Shown: piece after piece, positions 8,353 to 19,243 of the stretch
How positions within the stretch are numbered: the stretch's first letter is position 1
How the letters are laid out: every line of letters starts with the position of its first letter
Assembly: GCA_028869315.1 (NCBI GenBank)
Contig: JAGWSV010000029.1
Location: 6,304 to 70,303, forward strand
From: Rhodospirillales bacterium
GTDB lineage: Bacteria; Pseudomonadota; Alphaproteobacteria; Acetobacterales; Acetobacteraceae
Direction of reading: 5' to 3'
Length of the DNA: 64,000 bases
Notes under the pieces: generated by a model
What the model was told of the DNA's origin: nothing
The model's database searches: none
The model's input: the letters and a program-made list of their open reading frames with translations, nothing else
Position numbers and translations under genes: made by a program

Positions 8353-11300
8353 TCAGTAGTCCACCGAGGCGATGTTGGGCGGCACCACGTCCGGGCTGGT
8401 GAGCTGATCGGGCAGCACCGGCGGTATTCCGAGCACCGAGATGGCGGGCGTTTGCAGGGCAGGCACCGGCGGCATCCATCCCGGCAGCTGCTGGCGAAGA
8501 CTGCCGAAGCTGGCGGTGAAGCCGGCCTGCACCAGCGACGGGCCCTGCACGATCGGCGGCGGCACGATCGGCAGCAGCGCGCAGAACGTGGCGCCGATGA
8601 CGCATCCGTTCATCGTATAGGCGGGGTCGACCTGCGGAATGATGTGGGAGATCAGTGCCGCCCCCGGCGTCGCGTTGCCGGCCACGCTGCCGAACAGGGT
8701 GGCGCTGCCGGCCTGGCCCTCCACCAGCAGTCCGCCGGCCGCAAGCGTGCCGGCAGCGGTGCCGGTGCCCAGCGACAGGACGAGCTGCAGTCCCGGCGCC
8801 TGCAGGCCGGCGAGGCTGACGGCGCCCGAGCCCGGCAGCGCGATCGCGAGCGTGCCGCTGTTCGCCGCGGCGCCGCCGACCGTGACCGTGCCGGTCTGCA
8901 CGAAGCTCGCGCCGCCATTCGGGTCCGACGCCACCTGCAGCCGGACATCGGTTGGGCTCAGCGCGGGCAGGATGTCGCCGGCAAGGGTCATCGTGCCGGC
9001 GGCGGTGAGCGAGACGTCGCCGGCAACGATGGGGCCGGCGACCGTGAGCGACGTCGCGTCGTTCAAGGTCAGCGATCCGCTGGCGGCGAACGCGCCCAGG
9101 GTCCCGATGGCATTGGCCTGGTCGAGGGTCACCGTATCCGCGGTGCCCGTCAGGCTGCCGACGGCGATGGTCGCGCCCGTCGCCTGGGTGATCGGGCCGG
9201 TCGTGTCCAGCGCCAGGGTGGCGGCAAGGGTGGTCAGATCCAGCGATTCTCCGACGGTGATGCTGCCGGCGGTCGGGACCGTCTGCCCGACCGGCAGCCC
9301 CACCTGCAGCGTGCCGATCCCCGGCTGGATCGCCAGCAGGTCGGCCGCGGGGATCAACAGGCCGGCCGCGATCGTGGTGCCGGGCTCGGCGAAGACGACG
9401 CCGTCGCCCGGCGTGAACGGCGCGAGCGCCACCACCCCGCCCGGGGCGATGATCCTCGCACCGAACGCGTAGGTGCCGAAGTTGAACGGCGGCGCGATCG
9501 AGATGTTGTCGGCTTCGAGCGAGATCCGTCCGCCTTGCGGCACCACGAGGGTGACGAGGCCCCCTTCGCCGCCGCCAAGCTCGATGATCCCACCGGCGGC
9601 AGGGACCGTCAGCGAAATATTTGTCGCGGAAATCCCGCCGTAGAGGATTACAACCCCGCTGAGACCTGAGCCGCCGTAGGACTGAGAGGCGACGGAGTCC
9701 AGGGCGAAGTCCCCGTTCGCGGTAAACTGGCCGATCGTGCGGATCTGGTTGGACGGGTTGGTGAGGTCGACCGCTCCGGTCGATCCGGACAGCGTGCCGA
9801 CCCCGATCAGGGGGGCGGTCTGGGTCACCGGGCCGATGGAATCGAGCGTCAGACGCACCCCGTGCAGGCCGCCCTCATAGATCGACCCGGCCAGGGTGAT
9901 CGCCCCCGCCGTGGTCGTCATCACGCCGGTCCCCGTATTGGTGACGGAGGCGCCGAGAACGAGGCTCGGCTCGGATCCGTATCGGCCGCGCGCCACCGGA
10001 AGGTCTGCGACATTCAGCCCCTGTCCGGTCGCCGCCACGCTTCCGCCGACCGTCATCGACAGGCCCGGCGTCGCGGGCGCAAGGTCAACGGATCCGTAAT
10101 ACGGACTGGCGAGGGTTCCGCCGGGGCCGAACTTCAGTCCGTCGGTGCGCAGGCTGATCGCGCCGGTATCGGGGGTCGCGAATCCGCCCAGTGAATTGGC
10201 TGTGACCGCGGCGTTGATCACGATGCTGCCGGTGTTGGGCGACAGCAGACCCGAACTGCCGGTGGACAGGAGAACGCCGCCGTCCAACGAGTCGACCGGC
10301 GCGTTCAGGGTCATGACCCCGTTCGGATCGGCCGTGCCGGCGGCGAGGACAATGTCGTGACCGGCGATGAGGCTGTCATTGACAAGCAGGTTGCCGCCGG
10401 ATTGCATCGTCAGGCCGTTGGCCACGTCGATCGACGCGCCTGCGGTGACCTCCAGCAACGTCGTCGCCTGCAGAATGACATCGGACGATGCGCCGGCCGC
10501 ATCGATCGCGCTGTTGCTGACGGTGTCGTAGGTCGTCCCGACATTGCTCAGAATGGTACCGGCGGACGCATCCAGGCTGCCGACGCCGCTGCCCGCGTTG
10601 ATGACGTCGAGCGTGCCGGGATCGAACAGGATCGTCCCCACATTCCCGACCGGCGCGCCCAGATCCACCGATCCGTCGAAGCCGAGCGTCCGCCCGGACA
10701 CCTCGGCGAACCCGCCATTGCCGCCATCGGGCCCGCCATGGGCGGAAATCGCCCCGTGCATCACCGTGCTGGCGGCCGACAGCACCGTGATCCGCCCGCC
10801 AGTGCCGCTGCCTGTGGCATCGGCGGCGATCGTCGCGCCACGCGCCACGGCGACATCGTGCGACAGCATGGCGGGCGTCACGGCCGGCCCGCCGGCGGCG
10901 CGCGCGAGATCGGTGCCGACCGCAATCGTGCCGCCGCCGGCCGCGCCGGACGCATCGATCCGCGCCGCGGCGGCCACCGACACGCCGCCATCGGGCGCGA
11001 TTTCGATCTGCCCGCCGTGTTCGCCCGGCGCGGCGCCCTGCGCCAGCAGCTGCCCCGCGACCACGAGCGATCCGCCGACGCCGTTCAGCACGATCTCCCC
11101 GCCCCGCGCCCCCACCGTGGGCGCCGCGATCGTGCCACCGGCCGTCACCAGGTTCTGCACCACGCCGGCCGCCGCCCGGGCGGTGAGCTCGATCACGCCG
11201 CCGGCGGCGACGATGGTGCCGGTATTGGTGACCAGCGCCGTTGCCTTCCTGCCGTCCGGACCGACGGGAACCTGCTTGACCTCGCCGTTGACGTCGATCG

Positions 11301-11991
11301 AAACCAGCCCGTCGCCATACAGGTCCAGCGCGTAGGTCTTCGCGCCCGCCAGCACCACCTGGCCGAGCTTCGCCGTGATGACCCCCGAATTCGCCACCTG
11401 CGGCGCCACCAGCGCGGCGATCCCGGCCTGCCGCACCGTGATCCGGCCCTGGTTCACCACCCGCGCGCCGGGCGCCGCCGGCTGGTCGAACACCATGTGG
11501 CCGGCCATGAAGTTCCGGTTGGTGATCCCTGCCGCGGTGGCGACGAAGCCGGCGGTGTTGACCTGCGCGCCCTTGTAGAACGTGATCCCGTCCTGGTTCT
11601 GCAGGATCACCTGCCCGTTGGCGGTGATCCGCCCGGCGATCCGGGAGGGGTTGGCCCCGGTCACCCGGTTCAACGTGACCGCGCTGGCGGACGGCTGGTG
11701 GAAGTCAACCGATTGCCGGGCACCGACATCGAAGCTGCGCCAGTCGATCGCCGCGCGCTGCGTCGACTGGTCGATCGCGGTCGCGTCGGGGGTGCTGGAA
11801 ATGCTCGCCGATCCCGCAACCACCACCCCGCCCGCCGGCCGCGCGTTCGCCGCCGGCTGCGCCCGCGCGGATCGGAACGATCCAGGCAGGATCAGCACTC
11901 CAAGGGCCTGCAACGCCGTGCCCAACAGCAGCGCCTGCCGCCTTCGTACGGTCCCGCGCAGACACACCGCATGCCCCGCCGTCGGCATCAA
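8353..11991 (-). CDS. Filamentous-haemagglutinin-type exoprotein (TpsA) with an N-terminal TPS secretion domain
   Basis: A signal peptide is followed by a TPS domain (AIDWRSFDVGARQSVDFHQPSASAVTLNRVTGANPSRIAGRITANGQVILQNQDGITF). About 1000 aa of Gly/Ala/Thr/Val-rich beta-helix-like repeats follow. Confidence 0.85.
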   Translation of the reverse strand: MMPTAGHAVCLRGTVRRRQALLLGTALQALGVLILPGSFRSARAQPAANARPAGGVVVAGSASISSTPDATAIDQSTQRAAIDWRSFDVGARQSVDFHQPSASAVTLNRVTGANPSRIAGRITANGQVILQNQDGITFYKGAQVNTAGFVATAAGITNRNFMAGHMVFDQPAAPGARVVNQGRITVRQAGIAALVAPQVANSGVITAKLGQVVLAGAKTYALDLYGDGLVSIDVNGEVKQVPVGPDGRKATALVTNTGTIVAAGGVIELTARAAAGVVQNLVTAGGTIAAPTVGARGGEIVLNGVGGSLVVAGQLLAQGAAPGEHGGQIEIAPDGGVSVAAAARIDASGAAGGGTIAVGTDLARAAGGPAVTPAMLSHDVAVARGATIAADATGSGTGGRITVLSAASTVMHGAISAHGGPDGGNGGFAEVSGRTLGFDGSVDLGAPVGNVGTILFDPGTLDVINAGSGVGSLDASAGTILSNVGTTYDTVSNSAIDAAGASSDVILQATTLLEVTAGASIDVANGLTMQSGGNLLVNDSLIAGHDIVLAAGTADPNGVMTLNAPVDSLDGGVLLSTGSSGLLSPNTGSIVINAAVTANSLGGFATPDTGAISLRTDGLKFGPGGTLASPYYGSVDLAPATPGLSMTVGGSVAATGQGLNVADLPVARGRYGSEPSLVLGASVTNTGTGVMTTTAGAITLAGSIYEGGLHGVRLTLDSIGPVTQTAPLIGVGTLSGSTGAVDLTNPSNQIRTIGQFTANGDFALDSVASQSYGGSGLSGVVILYGGISATNISLTVPAAGGIIELGGGEGGLVTLVVPQGGRISLEADNISIAPPFNFGTYAFGARIIAPGGVVALAPFTPGDGVVFAEPGTTIAAGLLIPAADLLAIQPGIGTLQVGLPVGQTVPTAGSITVGESLDLTTLAATLALDTTGPITQATGATIAVGSLTGTADTVTLDQANAIGTLGAFAASGSLTLNDATSLTVAGPIVAGDVSLTAAGTMTLAGDILPALSPTDVRLQVASDPNGGASFVQTGTVTVGGAAANSGTLAIALPGSGAVSLAGLQAPGLQLVLSLGTGTAAGTLAAGGLLVEGQAGSATLFGSVAGNATPGAALISHIIPQVDPAYTMNGCVIGATFCALLPIVPPPIVQGPSLVQAGFTASFGSLRQQLPGWMPPVPALQTPAISVLGIPPVLPDQLTSPDVVPPNIASVDY

Positions 11992-12431
11992 CCCCCCCCT
12001 TGGTCAGCGACCGGCGGCGCGCCGGTTCCCATGATGTCATGTTATCGCCCAAGCCAGATGCTCCGGCGAGAAAATTCTTGTGAGCAGGGCGCGCGTGCGG
12101 AGCCATGGGGGCGCCGCGTCTTTCTAGTTTCGATTGTGTATTGGACATGTCGCCATGCCCGACTCCCCGGCGCCGCGGGACAGCAGGCACGCCGCTCCGA
12201 CCACCGGACACGCACGGCATGCCGAGATGGCACGCCGCCTTCCGATCGCTCTCGGGTTGCCATGCTCCGGCGCCCGACGATCCGGTTCGGTGGCGCAAGA
12301 GTCTTGCGCCGCGGGTGATCGGCGGCCGCACGACCTGCCGGCAACGCCCCGGCGCGGCGGCGCGCGGTTTGTCAGCTGCCGCGGCGGCGCACTACGCTGA
12401 CACCACAGCCCGGCGGGCTGGCCCGGGGGAA

Positions 12432-13598
12432 ATGCCGATGAACAAGCCGATCGCGACGGTCGCCACGACCTACGGACGGGAGGAAGCGGCCATGCGGGAC
12501 TACCTGCGCGACGGCGAGCGCCGCGCCTTCGCCCTCGGCAACCGCGGCCCGATCCGCTTCACCGCCGCCGGCCAGGTGCATCCCGACATCCTCGACGCCT
12601 ACTGGCGCTGCGGGTTCTATGTCTTCGAGGGCGTGCTGGCGGCCGACGAACTCGCCGACATCGAAGCCGACTTCCAGGCCATTCGGGCCGCCCTGCCGAA
12701 AGAACGCGGCGCGGCGGTCGATACCAGGGGCCGCCCGGCGCTCGGCGCCGACAACGCGGCGCCCACCTTGTTCTGGGCGAAGCCGCTCAGCGATCCGTTC
12801 GGCGGCACCGCGTTGGCCAGCGGCCGGCATCCGGTGAAGATGTTCGAGCCGACGCCCGATGCCGATGCGCCGAAGGAGGTGGTCTATCTCATCCTCGGCT
12901 CGCTGCAGTTTTCCGAAGCCGCGCTGCGGGTCTACGGCCATCCGCAGCTGCTCGCCGTCGCCGCGGCGGTGAACGGGGAGGATTTCGTCCCGTTCAACGA
13001 AGCGCTGTTCATCAAGGAGCCGGGCCGCGGCGCCTCGGTCGCCTGGCACCAGGACGGGGCGACGCATTGGAACAGCCCGGACTGGGACCCGGGCTCGCAT
13101 GGCTTCAACTTCATGGCGCAACTCTACGGCTGCACCGCGGCCAACGGCGTCTGGGTGGTGCCGGGATCGCACAAGCACGGCAAGACCGACATCGCGGCGA
13201 TGGTGGCGGCGGCGGGCACGGAGCGGCTGCCCGACGCGGTGCCGATCATCTGCAAGCCGGGCGACGTCGCCATCACCAACCGCCAGGCGGTGCACGGCTC
13301 TTTCGCCAACACCAGCGCGGACTGGCGGGTCACGGTGAATTTCGGCTTCCACCGCCGCCGCTCGGTGCTCGGGGTCATGGGCGGCGGGCTGCACAACGCC
13401 GCGGCCGTCTACGATGCCGCCCGCATTCGCGAACGGGCACGGCTGATCGGCTACGGGATCGATGCGCGCCGCCAACGCTTCCCCGAGGAGGCGCCGTTCC
13501 GCTACCAGCCGCACGTCGCCGCCGGGGAGACCTGGCATTGGGACGCGGCGGCCAAGGCCGGGATCAAGGACTACAATCTCCTCGATCTCAGTATCTGA
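12432..13598 (+). CDS. Phytanoyl-CoA dioxygenase (PhyH) family Fe(II)/2-oxoglutarate oxygenase
   Basis: Motifs WHQDG...(H-x-D), VPGSHKHG and VHGSFANTS are present. I placed the start at ATG 12432, which follows GGGGGA. The upstream part of the ORF is Arg-rich and looks like junk. Confidence 0.75.
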   Translation: MPMNKPIATVATTYGREEAAMRDYLRDGERRAFALGNRGPIRFTAAGQVHPDILDAYWRCGFYVFEGVLAADELADIEADFQAIRAALPKERGAAVDTRGRPALGADNAAPTLFWAKPLSDPFGGTALASGRHPVKMFEPTPDADAPKEVVYLILGSLQFSEAALRVYGHPQLLAVAAAVNGEDFVPFNEALFIKEPGRGASVAWHQDGATHWNSPDWDPGSHGFNFMAQLYGCTAANGVWVVPGSHKHGKTDIAAMVAAAGTERLPDAVPIICKPGDVAITNRQAVHGSFANTSADWRVTVNFGFHRRRSVLGVMGGGLHNAAAVYDAARIRERARLIGYGIDARRQRFPEEAPFRYQPHVAAGETWHWDAAAKAGIKDYNLLDLSI

Positions 13599-13768
13599 CC
13601 GCCGGGGGCATCCCGGTTCGACAAGAAGGCCGGGACACGATCAGACTGCCCGACTTGACCGCCCGGCACCGCTTCCCCCAATGTGCCCGCTTCCCCTGGA
13701 ACCGGGCACGGAGCCTCTGCGCCCGGGGGATCCGGAGGGAACCACCGAAACGAGGGTCAGTCCCCCAC

Positions 13769-14961
13769 ATGATCTCCGCCCTGATGCCGAACTACGCTCG
13801 TGCCGACCTCGCTTTTGAGCGGGGCGAAGGCGCCTGGCTGTGGACGGCGGACGGGCGACGATTCCTCGATTTCGGCTCCGGCATCGCCACCGCCTCCCTC
13901 GGCCACGGCAACCGGCACCTGGCCGAGGCGATCGCCGATCAGGCCGCCAAGGTGATGCACGTCTCCAACCTCTACCGCATTCCCGGCGCGGAGCGGCTGG
14001 CGCAGCGGCTGGTCGATGCCTCCTTCGCGGACAGCGTCTTCTTCTGTAACTCGGGCGCGGAAGCGAACGAGGCGATGATCAAGATGATCCGCAAGACGAT
14101 GGCCGAAGCCGGCAAGCCGGAGCGGTTCCGGATCATCTGCTTCGAGGGCGCGTTCCACGGCCGCACGCTCGCCACCCTGGCCGCCACCGGCAACGCCAAG
14201 TACCTCGCCGGCTTCGGTCCGGTCGTGGAAGGGTTCGACCACGTCCCGTTCAACAACATGAACGCGGTCCGCAACGCGATCGGCCCCGCCACCGCCGGCA
14301 TCATCGTGGAGCCGATCCAGGGCGAAGGCGGCGTGCGCCCCGCCGACCTGCAGTTCCTGCGCGACCTGCGCGCCGTCTGCGACGAGTACGGCCTGGTCCT
14401 GGGCATGGACGAAGTGCAGTCCGGCATGGGCCGCACCGGCAAGCTGTTCGCGCATGAATGGGCGGGCATCGTGCCGGACGTAATGTCCTCGGCCAAGGGC
14501 ATCGGCGGCGGCTTCCCGCTCGGCGCCGTGCTGGCGAAGGAATTCGTGGCGAAGAACATGGTGCCCGGCACGCATGGCAGCACGTTCGGCGGCAACCCGC
14601 TCGCATGCGCCGCCGGCAACGCCACGCTCGACGTCATCCTGTCGCCCGGCTTCCTCGACGAGGTCGCGCGCAAGGGCCGCAAGCTGCGCACGGCGCTCGA
14701 CAAGATCGCCACGGACTATCCGCAGGTGTTCACGGACGCCCGCGGCATGGGCCTGCTGCTCGGGATGAAATGCGCCGTCCCGCAAGCGGAGGTGCAGGCC
14801 GCCTGCGCTGCCGAAGGGCTGCTCGCCATCACCGCCGGGGACAACGTACTGCGGCTCGCGCCGCCGCTGGTGGTTTCCGACAGCGACATCGACGCCGCGG
14901 TCGAGATGCTGGATCGCGCCGCCCGGCGCTGCCTGCCCTCGGCCGGCAAGGCAGCGGCGAA

Positions 14962-14965
<4 letters not shown>
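13769..14965 (+). CDS. argD: Acetylornithine aminotransferase
   Basis: [41 protein letters not shown] ... [18 protein letters not shown] is the class-III aminotransferase signature. There is an ATGA overlap with argF. Confidence 0.9.
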
Positions 14966-15963
<998 letters not shown>

Positions 15964-16552
15964 GCTGCGTTCGCCTGCGACACCCGGCCGCCGCCCGCAT
16001 CGCACGCGGGGTTACCAGGGGGAGCCGGCGCAAGAGGGTCGGGTGGCCGCCCGCGGGCAGTCCCGACGAGCCGCAGCCTGAAACCAAACGGCGGCGCCGT
16101 GGCTCGATCCGTCTCCAGGGCGCCCGATCCGTCGCGAACCTGGACGGATACCAACGCCGCATTCCGTTGTCTGTCAGGATTTCGCTCGGCCAATGGTCGT
16201 CGCTTGAATGCGCTCGGCCGCAGGCCGGCGCGCCCGGTACCCCTGCGCGCCAGACGGTCGGCCGAAAAGGCCGCGGGTACCGGGCGCCGGCCGGAACCGG
16301 GCGCATCGCGCCAACAAGCCGCCCTGCGGCTCGGATTGCAACTTCTCGGAAAGGGTATCGACCTATAAAGAAGTCTCTCGCGCCGCCTTCGGCCGCCACC
16401 GGGGGGCATCCTCTGCCGCTTCGCGGGCCGTTTCGGGACGCCGAAACACACCCGCTGCAACCCGGAGCGCCACCTTGTCGGCGTATCACGTGGCTTCGGA
16501 CGCACGCATCGATGCCGGACTCAGCGATCGTTTCTCGGAAGGACCACGGGCC

Positions 16553-17989
16553 ATGGCCGACATGATGCACCGCGACTCCGGCTTCATCCGCGCGGACCCG
16601 GACCAGGAAGCGGCGGACGCGGCACCCGCCTCCTCCGCGCAGGCGCCGGTGCTGCTGCTTTCCGAGCTGATCGGCGCGCTCAGCTTCGCCCTCGACCTCA
16701 CTGAAGGCCAGCCGGCCGGTCACTGCCTGCGCTGCGGATGGATCGGCATGCAGATCGGTTCACGGCTCGGGCTGGACGCCGCGACGCGATCGGACCTGTA
16801 TTATACCCTGCTGCTCAAGGACACCGGCTGTTCCAGCAACGCGAGCCGGCTGTGGCGGCTCTATGGCGGCGACGACCGGCTGGTAAAGAACGGATTCAAA
16901 ACGGTGGACTCGCAAAGCATGCGCCAGGTCGCGCGGTTCGTGCTGCGCCATACCGGTGCGGGCGAACCGCTGCGCCGGCGGATCCCCCGTCTCCTGCGCG
17001 TCGCCCGCGGCGGCCCGGCTGCCATGGGCGATCTCATGCTGACCCGCTGCGAGCGCGGGGCGGACATCGTGCGGCGTCTTGGCTTCTCGTCCGCGGTTGC
17101 AGCCGGGGTCTATTCGCTCGACGAGCATTGGAACGGCGCCGGACATCCGGAAGGCCTCACCGGCACCAGAATCCCGCTGCTGGCCCGGGTGGCATTGCTC
17201 GCGCAGGTGATCGACGTGTTCCATGCGGTCGGGGGACCGATGGCGGCCCGCGCGGAAGCCGGACGACGGCAGGGAACATGGTTCGATCCGGCAGTGGTCG
17301 CCGCCTTCGAGGCCGCGCAGCAGGCCCCTGCCTTCTGGGCGGGCCTGCGCAGCGATGGGCTGGAAGCACGCGTGGCCGCGCTTGAACCGGCGGGCCGGGC
17401 GATCGTGGTGGACGACGAGCGGCTCGATACCATCAGCGAAGCCTTCGCGGACGTGGTCGACGCCAAGGGCAGCTTCACCGGCGGCCATAGTCAGCGGGTC
17501 GCGCGATACGCCGATGCGATCGCCACCCGGCTGCAGCTCTCGCCCGCGCACCGGCGGCGGCTCCGGCGCGCGGCGCTGCTGCACGACATCGGCAAGCTTG
17601 GCGTGAGCAATGCCATTCTCGACAAGCCCGGCCGTCTTGATGCCGACGAATGGGCGGCGGTGCGGCGCCATTCCGCCCTGTCAGAGGAAATCCTGGGCCG
17701 CATCGGCGTGTTCCGCGACATCGCGGTCGCGGCCGGGGCGCATCATGAGCGGCTGGACGGCACCGGCTATCCCCGCGGCCTCGCGGGCGACGCGATCCCG
17801 CTGGAGGCCCGGATCATCACGGCCGCCGACATTTTCGATGCGCTTTCGGCCGAGCGGCCCTATCGCGGCCCGATGTCCCGCGCCGAAGCGCTCGCGCTGA
17901 TGGAGCGGGAGCGCGGCACCGCGATCGATGGCGCCTGCCTGGACGCGCTGAAGGAAGCGCTCGACGATCCCTCCGCAACCGACCGGTAG
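16553..17989 (+). CDS. Tandem HD-GYP protein (degenerate N-terminal copy plus canonical C-terminal copy)
   Basis: The C-terminal copy reads HSQRV, LLHDIGKLG and HHERLDGTGYPRGL. The N-terminal copy is degenerate (GHCLRCG, LLKDTGC, DEHWNGAGHPEGL). The ATG at 16553 is preceded by GGAAGGA. Confidence 0.8.
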   Translation: MADMMHRDSGFIRADPDQEAADAAPASSAQAPVLLLSELIGALSFALDLTEGQPAGHCLRCGWIGMQIGSRLGLDAATRSDLYYTLLLKDTGCSSNASRLWRLYGGDDRLVKNGFKTVDSQSMRQVARFVLRHTGAGEPLRRRIPRLLRVARGGPAAMGDLMLTRCERGADIVRRLGFSSAVAAGVYSLDEHWNGAGHPEGLTGTRIPLLARVALLAQVIDVFHAVGGPMAARAEAGRRQGTWFDPAVVAAFEAAQQAPAFWAGLRSDGLEARVAALEPAGRAIVVDDERLDTISEAFADVVDAKGSFTGGHSQRVARYADAIATRLQLSPAHRRRLRRAALLHDIGKLGVSNAILDKPGRLDADEWAAVRRHSALSEEILGRIGVFRDIAVAAGAHHERLDGTGYPRGLAGDAIPLEARIITAADIFDALSAERPYRGPMSRAEALALMERERGTAIDGACLDALKEALDDPSATDR

Positions 17990-18218
17990 GCGCGCCGGCG
18001 ACCGCGCCCGCAGCGCCGCGAGGCGATATCGCGGCGGGTCACCGCCACATCGCCGAGCCACGTCCCGTCTCCCCCACCTGCCACGGAGAACGAACCCGCG
18101 CCGGATAAGGCATCGTCGGCAAATACGTGCGTCAGCACGCCGACAAGGATGCCGATCAAAACAAAACCTCAGGGCCCGCTCGACACCGCTGATCGATTCG
18201 ACAGGTGTCGAACGGGCC

Positions 18219-18629
18219 CTAAGGATCGATCCGTGCTTCCGCGCTGCCGCGCACCACCTCCTTGCCGTCCTGATTGGTGGTGACGACGTCGAGCGAGACC
18301 AGCCCGTCCCCGATGGCGGTTACTGTTGCGGTCGAAACCAGCGTGTCGCCCGGCCACACCTGGTTGGTGAAGCGGACGCCGAATTTCGTCAGCCGCCCGT
18401 CGCCCACATAGTTGGTGAGCATCTTGCCGGTCAGGCCCATAGTCAGCATGCCGTGCGCGAACACGCTCGGGTAGCCGGCGGACTGGGTGGTGTAGATCTC
18501 GTCGGTATGAATCGGATTGTAGTCGCCGGAGGCCCCGGCGTACTGCACGATCTGCGTGCGCGGCAGGTTCTCGACCACGGTTTCGCTGTGGCTGTCGCCG
18601 ACTTTCAGGTGGCTCGCGGAAAGGGCCAT
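18219..18629 (-). CDS. MaoC-like (R)-specific enoyl-CoA hydratase / dehydratase subunit
   Basis: YAGASGDYNPIHTDE...FAHGMLT is the hot-dog fold hydratase motif. Confidence 0.85.
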   Translation of the reverse strand: MALSASHLKVGDSHSETVVENLPRTQIVQYAGASGDYNPIHTDEIYTTQSAGYPSVFAHGMLTMGLTGKMLTNYVGDGRLTKFGVRFTNQVWPGDTLVSTATVTAIGDGLVSLDVVTTNQDGKEVVRGSAEARIDP

Positions 18630-18640
18630 GAGACTCTCCT

Positions 18641-19120
18641 TCAGCCCTGATCCACGGGGCGTTCGGTGGTGACGCCGACGCTGCGCGCGGTCAGCACCAG
18701 CGCGCCGGTCTGGTCGCGATATTCGGCGATACGTTCCCGGAACATCAACTTCCCGGCCCGCTTGCTTTCCTTTTCCCAGGTCTTGCCGGGCTTGATTTCA
18801 ACGCTCAGCACGTCGCCGGGACGCAGCGGGCGGTGGTACTCGAAATGCTGCTCGGCATGCAGCCCGCCGGCCGAAGGAGCCTTGTCCACGCCGGAGGCGG
18901 TCTTGCCGGAACCGAACCACTTCTGGCCGGGTTTCGGCCGCAGATGGTAGTCGGGATCGAACTGCGCCACCGCCTGGCCGAAGGTGGGGGGCGCGATGAT
19001 GCCGCCGACCTCGGTCTTCTTGGCCGCTTGCGCATCGTGGTAGACCGGGTTGGTATCGCCGACGGCGCGCGCGAACATCATGATGTGCGACGCCTCGACG
19101 GGGAAGGTGATCGTGCCCAA
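18641..19120 (-). CDS. MaoC-N / FAS1-like hot-dog dehydratase partner subunit
   Basis: FARAVGDTNPVYHD is present. I propose a TTG start at 19120, which lies 5 nt after GGAGGA. The pairing with the downstream MaoC gene resembles heterodimeric HadA/HadB-type dehydratases. Confidence 0.7.
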   Translation of the reverse strand: MGTITFPVEASHIMMFARAVGDTNPVYHDAQAAKKTEVGGIIAPPTFGQAVAQFDPDYHLRPKPGQKWFGSGKTASGVDKAPSAGGLHAEQHFEYHRPLRPGDVLSVEIKPGKTWEKESKRAGKLMFRERIAEYRDQTGALVLTARSVGVTTERPVDQG

Positions 19121-19243
19121 CGTTGTCCTCCGCTGCCGGTTTGCTTTCCGGACCAGCCTACCAGCCCGGCGCAGCGGCGAACAGGTCACCGTCCGCCCGT
19201 CCGCCTGCCCGCCCGCCGGCACGCTGCCCGTCGCGGCGATCGC

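Noticed and set aside
5205-8402. A 1065-aa plus-strand ORF lies opposite the CHAT gene. Similar giant ORFs lie at 24350-28687 (+, 1445 aa), 37310-40990 (-, 1226 aa), 10357-12318 (+), 59145-61019 (-) and 55118-56608 (-).
   Set aside because: These are shadow ORFs, which are typical of roughly 70% GC DNA. Their translations are Arg/Gly/Pro/Ala-rich with no motifs. Each lies antisense to a gene with clear family signatures (CHAT, hypF/hydrogenase, malQ/GH15, TpsA, rpoN, kdsD).
15964-16552. The 590-bp gap after argF might hide a gene or tRNA. The track lists ORFs at 16099-16368 and 16167-16565.
   Set aside because: The translations are Arg/Pro-rich with no motifs. I saw no tRNA-like T-arm or anticodon-stem pattern. 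I treat it as non-coding leader sequence for the tandem HD-GYP gene and note only the inverted repeat.
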